From NCBI RefSeq assembly GCF_036321535.1, contig NC_087472.1:99450001-99514000 (forward strand): a DNA stretch of 64,000 nucleotides, given 5' to 3'. Made by a program: the position numbers and the translations under genes. Below, piece after piece: positions 53,534-64,000 of this stretch. This stretch comes from Camelus dromedarius (Eukaryota). The notes under the pieces are model-generated. The model made no database searches, was not told the origin of the DNA, and saw only the letters and a list, made by a program, of their open reading frames with translations. How positions within the stretch are numbered: the stretch's first letter is position 1; each line of letters starts with the position of its first letter.

Positions 53534-55379
53534 TAGCCCTTCGGCCCGTTCCTCTGCCGCTCGCGTCTCCCCTCGGTCAGGGATTCCAGTTTGGGTAGTT
53601 GAGGTTGGTCTGTTTGTCCTTCTGTTCCGCCCGCCCGCACCCTCCCCTCTACTCCCTGGCTCGGGGGGCTGTAGTGTGGTGGCGCGTGGGGTTTGGAGTG
53701 GGCGCCGGGGCTTTACAAGAAGCCGATTCCCATCAACTTTGCGTGGGGGGAGCGGGAGGCGGAGCGGGAGCCGGCGAGGAGTTGGGAAGTTTGGCCCTGC
53801 CTGGCCGGGGGCTTCCCTGGACCCTGGTGACTTTGGGGGATGCTGGAGGGGTATGGATTAGGTTCACCGGGGAGCGGGGACTCTCGAGTCCGGCCGGGGG
53901 AGGGGGTTGCTTTGAGGCGCGGGGCGCAGGAACAGCCCAGGGCAGGAGTGGCGACCTGTGGGGGTTTTCGGGTAAGGGGTGCAGGACAGCCAAGGGTTTT
54001 TGCCTCCCCCTCATCTGCCGCAGCGCTTTCTGCTGCTGCAAAGGAGAAAGTGGAAGCCTGAGGTCCTCCCCTGCCCCCCTTCGCCCCGTTTCTGAGGTCA
54101 TTGAGCTCGAGGACCCCGTCCGTGCGAGTTTAACTTGAGTTTCCTGTCCATGGAGGTGAGAGGGTGATATTCAAGGAGATGAGCCGCCGCGGTGAAGGGC
54201 TTTCTGAATTTCCTTGCCCGAGATTCGATGACCGTCCCCGAGATATCCATCCGAGTGCCCCAGACCCAAACAGTATACCCAAACAGAGCAGAACCGAATT
54301 TCCCCGGCTCTTTGCAGCCGCCCCTGTCCCAGAACCAACTCGGGGTCTGCGAAAATAATCCAGACAAGACCCATTCCAGGGCATCAGCGCTCCTCTCCGG
54401 AGTGGAAAATCAGTTCCTGATGGTGGCGCGTCTGTGATTCTTCCTTCTTGACTTTTTGCCGTCTACTATCCCCACAGCGGACTTTGGGGGATTACAGGAT
54501 GATAGGCTGCGTGTGTGTAATAGTTACTGAGTGAGTGACCCCATTTCTGGAAAGCATGACTGAAGCGCGGGGGTGGAATGAGGCAGGCTCTGATGAGTGG
54601 TGTACTTGGCGGCCGCCGCTGCCCTGCCGGCCTCCGCAGCGTGAGAGGTGGATAGGGTTACTGGTTACGTCAGTAAGACCGAGGCTCGGTTAGATCTGAG
54701 ATGCGGGACACTTGCCTTCTCGAGTATAATGGAGGGGGAGGGGGGCGAGGATCAGGTCAAATCGCTTTTCGCTTTTTTCCTAGTCACCTCCATTGCTGTA
54801 TAAAATGTTTACTTGCTATCCTGAACGCCAGCAGAGTTGTAGTAGTGCTTGCGGTTGGTGCTTAGTATTTTGCGACTTGGATCATATTTTTAAAACCTAA
54901 AACGAAACGCCGCTCTTCAATAGAAAAGACGTTGATAGATGTTACCTAAAAAATTTTTTTTAAGGAAACCATGTTTTTAAGTCTGGCAGAGTTAACGAGA
55001 ATTTCATCTCAAATTGTTAGTCTAATACTGTAAATCTTTAATAAGAAAATAAAATTTAGGGTGTTTAATCATCTTTTGAATGGATAGTGTGAAAAATCGT
55101 GTGCCCAGGGCTCTTTTCATTCATTTTTTTCCCCCAGAAAAAATTTTGTATCAAAGAATATAGCTAAAAGATTAATACAGTACATTCTTAAAGTGCCGAC
55201 CTTGTGGAAAGAAATTGAGTTTGCTTTGAGCCTCATTTTTTAGATGCAAACGTTAACATTTGCAACTCATAATCAGTCCACATTTCTGCTTGGCACTTAC
55301 CAACTTGTGAAAAAAAAAATTTAAAATTCCACCTGATCCTTTTTCTAAGTAGCATGCCTTTGGATAAGGAAAGCACAAA

Positions 55380-55575
55380 ACTGATACTTACTTAGCACTT
55401 ACTATAAGCCAAATACTGTGCTACATGCTATTTCATTTTATCCTTCCCGTAACCCAACAGAGTAGGATTATGGTCCCCATTGTTACAGATTGAGAAACTG
55501 AATCTGAAGTTAAGGGCACAATGATTATAAATAGTAAATGGCAGAGCCATAATTCAAAGCCAGGTGGATATAATT
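55380..55575 (-). mobile_element. MIR (intronic)
   Basis: ccccattgttacagattgagaaactgaatct. Confidence 0.72.
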
Positions 55576-56164
55576 CATATTCTTTGCTTTATATTAGTGT
55601 AGTTCTTCAAGTCTTTTATGGAAGAAATCAGAGTATTAGTAAATAAGCTGGTAATTAGAGGTCATGTATTTCTCAAAAACAGTTATGGTATTATAAGACA
55701 TCTCATGTGTTAAAGCCTAGTTAATTACAGTTACTGTTATGGTTTCCAGAACCTGGCAGATAAGTTTCCACAGTTTGCCATTTTCAAAGAATTTTCTTGA
55801 TATTCTGGCATAAGATATGTCAGTCAGAGCCAGTGTTGCCTAGATGTATTAAAATTAGATTTTAACAAATTGCCTTTAGATATTTTATTGCCTTTGGTTG
55901 TTCAGCTGTTTCAAATAAATTACTTCTGATGCAAATTTGGAAATATTGAAGCCAGTAAGAAAAAGGTAGAGAGTTTTCATTCAGGAGTCTAATATTGCAC
56001 TTAATATTATGCTTACTAATATGCCATCTCCTCTCCAGTAAATTCCTATGAGAGTAATTTTATTTTAGTAAAGTAAAATAGTCAATTGAATTAAAAACAC
56101 CAAAATGTTTCTCTTCAAGCTAAAAGATTTCAGGATTGCTTTCTATAGGAATTTACATTTATAG

Positions 56165-56292
56165 TCTCATTCTTAGTAGACTGTGAACTCTTGAAAACAG
56201 AGACTTTTTTTTTCTCTGTGTCCTCAGCACTTAACACAACGCCTGGTACATACATGTTATGGACCCACTAGATGTCCGCTGAATAAATTATG
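56165..56292 (+). mobile_element. L2 3' tail (intronic)
   Basis: tagactgtgaactcttga..gtcctcagcacttaacacaacgcctggtacata. Confidence 0.72.
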
Positions 56293-58337
56293 AAGGTCAG
56301 GAATAGGGTAATTATCAATCTTAGTCTGTTCTTATCATTATAATCTTACATTGAAATATGAACAGTCTTAAAAGACCAGAGTACCTCACCAAAAGTAAAG
56401 GCTGTTTCTTCATTCCTTTACATGTCTTCTTGACCTCACGTGGGTCTCATGGTGCTCAAAACAAAAAAACCCTTGTTGTTGAACTTAAACATGGGTCAGA
56501 ACATGATAGGCTGGAACTATGCTGAGTGTTTAAAAAAAGCAAATTTAGGATAATAAAGAAAGTACAATGTAAGCAAAATCAAGGTTGTTACAAAATTAAA
56601 AACATAAAAGCTTCTTAAATAGTCCAGGTGAATTCAGAACTCTTCAGTGAGTTATTTAAAGATGCTGGTATGTTTCTGAATATTTGACTGTTTAGGAAAT
56701 GGATATCATGAGATTATGGCTATTTTGTTCTAGAAATTCCTTGCCGCTGCTGTCAGGGACATTCATTGGCTCATAAGCCTGACCTAAAGTAACAGTTTTT
56801 CTCAATTTCAGTAAAGATAAATTGTAGTAAACCTAAATGTGAACCATTTTCAAAAATAATAAAAATTATGGAGGTTCTTTTTGCTTCATAAAAATGAGTT
56901 GTATAAAAATAGCCGCCTTGAATTCCTTTAAATAACAAGTACTCATAATGCATTGAAAAATAATAACTGTATAAATATCTTCTTTATAAAAAATAAGACC
57001 TTTGTTTTGGAAACCATTTTCAGTGGGTGTGCATCCGTTTTTAACCTCAAAGATGATACTGGATTCTGTACTAGTTCCACTAAATCAATAATAGGTTTCT
57101 TATATTTCATCTGTAGGGAAAACATTCTATTAAAGTATGGTCGTTGATTTTGAAAAATGTTTTATTAAGTTTCTTTTCCTTTTCCTGTTTCATTTTTACC
57201 ACCTTTCAGGTTTTTTCTTTCCCCCAAGTGAAGATCTGAGGAGAGGACAGGTATTGTTACATGTCAACTGTCGAGTAACTGTGACACATTATTGAACACT
57301 TTGTTGTTTTTGGTGATTATGATATCACATACCAGTTTTTGTTAAACTCAAACTTAGGAAAGTTTGCTTTATTTTGGCAGTTTGATCCCATACTAATGGG
57401 GCTGATCCAAAATGTGAAACTTGTTTGGTACATTTAAATTTTAAGATAAAGAGAGAAACTTGTGTAATTAAAGAAGCGAGTATAGGCAGACTTTTTCTTT
57501 TCATTAGTATGCTTGTGGAAATCACAATGAGTGTATCCTATTTTTGTATAAGAAGAGTGGCATAATTGGGATGTACACTCTTGACCAAGGACATGACATT
57601 CATTAAATTATAGAATGATAAAAATATAGATCATTTATCAGAAGTCTGAATTGCAGAAGAGTTGTTATAAAGATTTTTTAAAATTTTACCATCCACTAAA
57701 AAATTCATACCACTGTGATCATTGGCAAGATTTGCTCTAGAGTTCCATGCTCAAGAACATGTGATCTGCCAGACTGTGAATGATGGGTGATGTCAAGTGG
57801 CTCACTTCATCCAATGCAGATTGGATGCTTTAAACCCAGGGGTTCAGATTAGGTGAACAACAGTGACATGTTGGTGGTTTCTTGGTAATGCATGAGTGTA
57901 ATGGTGCTCAGTTGTTTATGTGTTTTGATGAATAACAAGTTTTAAAGTATTGGAATGCACTTGAGCAAATGTGTATATTACACATCTCATTCTCCAGTTT
58001 ACATAATAGAAAGAATAAACAAGCAATTGCATTTTAATACTTGGCATTAGATGTCCCCCGCCCCCTGCCCCCCCACCGCTTTCACAGTTGATGAAACCAA
58101 ACCAGATAGCATAGAAGCAAAGATAAAACAACTATAAATGTTAATTGTTAAGTAAAATGTGCCAAGTTAACAAAACAAACACAAATATACTATATACATT
58201 TTATAAGACATGATAAAATGTATCTGTATAGGACATAACTATCATTTAGTACATTTGGCCTATTTGAAGCGAATACATTAGTTACTAGCAATTAAACATT
58301 TGTTTTACTTATTCCACTTTGTGGGATAATTTAGATG

Positions 58338-58582
58338 TATGGCAAAGTGTTAGAGAACATCAGCTTTGGAGCCATGAAAATTTGTATTTGAGTCCTGGCT
58401 CTGCCACTTAATATCTTTGTAATCTTATGCAAGTTATTTAATGTCTCTTTGCTTCAATGTCCTAATCTGTAAAATAGGCGTGAAAATAATATCTATCTCA
58501 TGGGATTGTGGTGAGAATTAAATGATAATATATGTAAAGCACTTGCTTCGCTACAAGGTTTAAGTGTTTAATAAACAATAGT
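58338..58582 (+). mobile_element. MIR (intronic)
   Basis: gagtcctggctctgccactta..aatctgtaaaatagg..gtgagaattaaatga. Confidence 0.82.
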
Positions 58583-58867
58583 TAAAGTGAACCATCTCTA
58601 ACAGAACTCTCTTAGGAAGTTCTGTGTTTTTCTCCTCTGGGGTAATTATTTCAGAATCAAATGGAACAATTAAAAATGATTTTTTGATTGATCTGTTTAA
58701 GCAGAGCCATTATAGCATCTGAATATAATTGTAAGGGTAAGGTGAACAGAAATGTCTTAAATCTTGTCCTTTTTTGTATTGTTCCCCTTTTTAATATTGT
58801 CGTTAAGGGGAGAGGGAACAGGTAAAGAACATTTTAAAGAATATGTGTGGAAGAAGGAAGAAAGGAA

Positions 58868-58996
58868 AGTATGTTCACATTTCAGCATTGCTCAAATTGG
58901 AAGCACTCTCACAATGTTGTTTAATTTGCAGTGTTTTCCTTAGTGATATATAAGATAATAGTGTACATGATGGTGTCTTATAATCAATGAAATATA
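58868..58996. mobile_element. MER104-like TcMar MITE remnant
   Basis: cagtgttttccttagtgatatataagataatagtg..gtcttataatcaatgaaatat. Confidence 0.5.
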
Positions 58997-59873
58997 TCAA
59001 CCTATATGTCAATCTCTTAAAGGGAACGTGTCCCTGAAGAAATGGATAAAGTCAATATATAGCATCAATAGGTGGAATTTTAACTTACTTTCTAAAAAGT
59101 ACCAAAACAAAATGTGCACACCTTTTTATATTTTAAGATTGTTTCTGGTAATTTCATTTTTTAGGGACAGAAATTAATATGGCACACCTCCCTCCCCATT
59201 TATAGAAACACATTTGTTTTGATTGTTTGATGTTCAGGACATATCTGTTCCCCAACAACCATTTCTCCTCGCCAAAATAAAAAAAAAAAAAACCCAAAGG
59301 AGTATGGCATAATAATAAATTTGGGGATTGTGGAGTTAAAAGAGATTTGACCAGTGTCTTTACTATGTAACTTCTTAGAACTTCTAAGATGATGCTGTAC
59401 ATGATGAATCTGCAAAAAGGAAATAGCTCACAGCATTTGAGACTTGATGTCAGCATCCCTTTTTCATGAACCATCCATCTATTGAAGTCTCAAAGGACAC
59501 AAGTGCCTTGCAGAACACGGTTTTGGAAAGTCTGGTAACTACAGTAACATAATCCAGTATTGCCTAGAAATGAGCTGTTACGTTTAATTGACTGTAGCAA
59601 GGCTTTTTTTCCCTTTAACTGTCGAGTTTTTGTTTCACTTTGAATTGAAATCTTTCTAAATTAATTTGATTAACAATTTTTCATCTTAATACTGGGCTAA
59701 AAATTTAAATACAGTAGTTTAAGTAAAAGTTTAAAATAATTTAAACTTTTTTAAAATCCAGTAGTCTGAAAATTACTGGTCATATTCTACCTTAATATCA
59801 AGCTAATTGCCCCTGCTGAATGGTCCCCACATTGACTTGCTCTGTAACTTATGTCTGATATTCATAGTTTTAA

Positions 59874-59970
59874 GGGAGAGGGTATAGCTCAACTGGTAAA
59901 GCTGCTTGTTTAGCATGCACGAGGTCCTGGGTTCAATCTCTAGAACCTCCACCAGGAAAAAAAAAAAGTA
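59874..59970 (+). mobile_element. Vic-1-type camelid tRNA-derived SINE (intronic)
   Basis: ggtatagctcaactggta (A box), tagcatgcacgaggtcctgggttcaatctc (B box), poly-A; 11-bp TSD catagttttaa at 59863-59873 and 59973-59983. Confidence 0.9.
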
Positions 59971-61089
59971 AACATAGTTTTAAAAAACTCATTATTTGCT
60001 ACTTTATGCTGCTGTCAATCTGTCTACCTTTCCCATCCTTCTTTTTTAATTAACTGCTTCAGGCTTGTAGTTACTAGAAAAGACAGCTAGGGTTAATGAT
60101 ATTTTGATGCAGCAGTTTTTAACTTGGGAACATTAACTTCATCTTAAAAAAATTTACCAAATAATGTAAAATAACTTCCTCACCCTTTTTCTGCTCTCTG
60201 CCCATCATATATACATACCTCTGGAGTCAGGGGTATTTGATGGGCGTATTACCTACTAACAAACAGTGATTGTATGCTTCAACATACCATAACAGAATGG
60301 CTCAATTACTGGCATTACCTACTCTGAATATTTACCGTCTTCTTTTGAAGGTGTCAGCTAGAAGGGACTGTGAATGAACTAAAGAACAGGCAGCTGCAAG
60401 ACTGAAAGCTAGCCGACTGCCCCACCTGGAGTCAGCTCTCCACATTGTCTTTTGTAGTTTTTTTTTTTTTTTTAATGAAATAGTGCTAGTTACCAAATGT
60501 TAGATACCCTACATTTATATGTAAATCCAAAAGAGCTTTTATGCTTCCTGTCAGTCTTCTCTTCTGTTAGTATGACTGAGATGACGGCAATAGCATAACT
60601 TAAATCAGATTTCCCCATCTTAACTAATACTATATCCATGGTTTCTTAACATATCTTAAAAACTAATTATGTTTTATCCACCATGTCATTTGATTTTTAT
60701 AGTCTTACATATGATGGTGATCTCATCTTCATATCTGACCTGGTCATCTAGATTTCTGTGAGCTTGCCTCTAATCCTTTGGTCCACAAAGCTTGTAATAG
60801 GAAACTTGGTTCAGTCATTTGATACGTGTTAGAAGCAGATGTCAAATGATAGCCTGAAACAGAAGATCATTTGGACATTAACAGGTTGAAGTGCATCTCA
60901 AGTGCAGTGTTTTGGAGAAGCTTTCACTCCAGAAATCTTGTGGAACCTATACTAAAAACCTCAGTTACCCAGGATGTTATTTCACTTTACATTTAGGAGC
61001 AGAGGAGGCATCCACCTGAAAACAATATAAAATAATAGGAAACACACACACACACACACCACACCACACCACACCCCCGATGGGTACAT

Positions 61090-61230
61090 TCAGTAGCCAT
61101 GTGGCTACACGTGGCTATTGAGCACTTGAAATGTGGCTAATATGGCTGAGGAACTGAATTTTTTAAGTGACTGTAATTAATTTAAATTTTAATAGTCACC
61201 TGTGGCTGTTGGCTACCACATTGAAGATTA
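61090..61230. mobile_element. MER3-type fragment preceded by a CA-rich repeat (about 61042-61075)
   Basis: gtggctattgagcacttgaaatgtggctaatatggctgaggaactgaatttt. Confidence 0.8.
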
Positions 61231-61617
61231 TAGATTATAGGATTAGTACAGTTTGAACCCTTTTTTCTTACACCAATGTTTTCCAACTCTACCTACAATT
61301 ATATTTTGAAATTAATAGGCTGAGGTTTTTTTAATGAAAAATATATTTAATATGCTTTTTCAAATTATGTTTAATCAGCTTTCTCTTGTCCCTCTTCTAT
61401 CCTGAAAATTTTGATAAGCCCTCCTAAGTGGTACATGTCTCTGAAATCAACATTCTGCACTTTTTACAATTTTCATAACTGTACAGTGACATTCCTTATT
61501 CAGGTGATAACACTGAAGCATTGGGGAAATTTAGCTATCAAAAAATGTTGCATTATGTTCACTATACTGTGCTAATTAATACTGGGAAAGTGGAATGGTA
61601 GCTGCATCTTAGAGATT

Positions 61618-61830
61618 AACATTTACTGAGTGCCCTCTCTGACTAGATGCTTTGTGTATATCAACTTGAACGAGGTAGACATAATTAGCCTCAACATAGC
61701 TGAGACTGAAGCCTAGAGAAGTTCAGTAACTTGCTCATGGTTGCACAGCTATTGAGTGGAGGAGGCAAGATTCAAACGCCAAGTCTCACAGGTTGCAGAT
61801 TCCATTGATTTTCCACTAGACTGCCATACT
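61618..61830 (-). mobile_element. MIR (intronic)
   Basis: actgaagcctagagaagttcagtaacttgctcatggttgcacagcta. Confidence 0.72.
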
Positions 61831-62404
61831 TGGGTTGAGAACAGCATGTGAATGGTGACTTGGTCTTGATGACTGATCTCCTACTCCTAAGGGACTGGGT
61901 TTCAGGTGGTTCACATGGAAATGTATAGGTAGACTTAGAAAAGTAAAATTGATACTGCTGTCCAAATACAGCATGGGTTAAACAGGCTTTTGTTAGCTGG
62001 CCCGAGAAACGGCATTTGTGACATTAGGAAAATTTTTTGAGATTTCTAAACAGCTGTCTTACAAATGAGCATTTAAAACAAAAACTACGGTATTTGGAAA
62101 AGAGGGGCCGCCTATATGTTAACACCTCTCCACACAGCAGCTCCTAGGTGTGTGCTTGAGTAACTGTGCTCTGTTTAATTGCAGCGTATTAAATCATTAC
62201 CTCTTTATATTTACATCTTTTCAGAAGAATCCTGACTTTCCCTCAAAGTGCCAGAAAACAGGATCTGACTTAGCCTGAAAAAGCTGCCAACTATCCTGCT
62301 ACAGTATAAGGAAAGGATATGTAAAGAACAGTTATACAGTTACTGGTGCCCCTCCCCCAGACTTGGATTTTTAAACCATTAGGTTAAATAGCCATAATTA
62401 ATCT

Positions 62405-63185
62405 TTTAAAAATTGAGATATGACTTACATACTACAAAATTCACCCTTGTAAAGTATACAGTTCAGTGGTTTTTAGTATATTCACAGAGTTGTGCAACAG
62501 TCACTACTGTCTAAATGCAGAACATTTTCATTACCCTCCAAATCCCATACTCATTAGCAGTTACTCCCTATTCTCGTCTTCCCCCAGCCCTTGGCAACTA
62601 ATACTCTACTTTCTTTATAGATTAGCTTATTCTGGACATTTCATATTAATGGAATCATGTAATATGTGGCCTTTGTGTTTGACATCATTCACTTAACATA
62701 ATGTTTTCAAGGTTCATCAGTGTTATAGTGTGTATCGGTGCTTCATTTTTATGGCTGAGTAATATTCTGTTGTGTGGTCTTAACAGTTTTGTTTATCTGT
62801 TCGTAAGTTGGTGGACATTTGGATTGTTTCCACTTTTTAGCTATTATCAGTAATGCTGCTATGAACATTTGTATACAAGTTTTTATGTGAACATGTTCAG
62901 TTCTCTTGGGTATATGCCTAGAAGTAGAATTGCTGTGTCATATGGTAAGTCTATATTTAACATTGTGAAAAACTGCCAAATTGTTTTCCAACTAGTTTGT
63001 ACCATTTTACATTCCCACCAGCAGTGTATGAGGGTTCCAGTTTCTCCACATCCTCACCAACACTTGTCTTTTTCATTGTAGCCATCCTAGTGTATGTGAA
63101 GTGGTATCTCATTGCAGTTTTCATTTACATTTCCCTAATGACTAAGAATATGAGGATCTTTTCATGTGCTTATTGTCTGCTTGTC
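62405..63185 (-). mobile_element. L1MB-type 3' region, antisense in intron 1
   Basis: ttagtatattcacagagttgtgcaac; cattcccaccagcagtgtatgagggttccagtttctccacatcctcaccaacac. Confidence 0.9.
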
Positions 63186-64000
63186 TCTATAATTCTTGTG
63201 CTTATTTTGTTACTGATTTGGGAACTGAAGTGGGGTTTCACTATAATGCTGCTATAGATCCTTATCTATGTCATATATATATACATAATTCTCAGAAAAC
63301 TCAGTTTCAGTTCGTGCTTTTAAAAGATCTTCTTTGTTTTTAGATGTTATAAATAAAAATATTTTTCTAGAACAGTGATTTTCCAACCGGTTTAATAGAG
63401 CCCTGCATTCTATGGAAGTATCTTAGGGTCCCTCACCACCTGAGCCACCCCTTCTTCCAGCCAGAGCAGAGTTTCTAGAGGAACATGAGGAATTAAAAGA
63501 TGAATTATAGAAAGTTATAGGAAGAAAGCAACACTTTTGAGGCAGCAGTAATTCTCCTTACAGCCTCCTCAGTCTTGTTACATTACTATTCTGTAGTTTC
63601 TTATTTAGAGCAAGAGTACAGGAATTAATTGAAGGTCAATCAAAACAAAATATCTAGAATCTCTGAAATTAAATATAAGTCAACAGATAAAGGCATTTTC
63701 AAGGACCCATCTCTTAAATAAAGTGAGATATACAGATGTTTCATTTAAAGAAGTAAAAATGCAAAACAAAACCCCTATTTGCCTCCCTTCCTTCAAATTC
63801 TTGCTGGCTTGGTATAATTCAAGAAGAATAACTATCAAAATGCATGTTGATAGCAGTAAAGGGGGATATTTAAAGAGAGAAATGTCACAGGCAAGTTAAA
63901 AAATAAGATTTGCCTTAGATTATTAAAAAGAGGAGCTCAAAATGAGTTTTAAAGTAATGTTTTTCCCCTGGCTGTTCTGATTGTATATAGTATAGTACTA

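Noticed and set aside
59874..59950. tRNA gene (also 1130-1206)
   Set aside because: The tRNA-like head is followed by an A-rich tail and flanked by TSDs, and the cloverleaf is imperfect; these are SINEs.

Overview
Mammalian genomic DNA, most likely camelid, because it holds two Vic-1-type tRNA-derived SINEs with target-site duplications and I saw no Alu, B1/B2, Bov-tA or CAN SINEs. The only gene I can support is RPS6KA3 (RSK2, X-linked in eutherians) on the + strand. Its first coding exon (53390-53458, [25 protein letters not shown] donor at 53459) lies in a CpG island of about 3.4 kb, and the rest of the window is intron 1. The supplied ORF track misses this exon, and its listed ORFs are noise or transposon remnants. 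Bases 1 to about 51 kb are gene-free upstream DNA filled with old interspersed repeats (L2, MIR, L1M, MLT1, LTR16/LTR33, hAT-Charlie elements), one younger L1 3' end, microsatellites and a C/T-rich minisatellite. I found no convincing novel biological system. The best second-look items are a 90-bp local templated duplication inside an LTR, a candidate poison exon in intron 1, an alternative upstream donor, a 5'UTR G-quadruplex plus tandem AUGs, and an L1-seeded minisatellite. Repeat family names come from my recollection of consensus sequences, not from RepeatMasker. Repeat boundaries are approximate unless a TSD is given.
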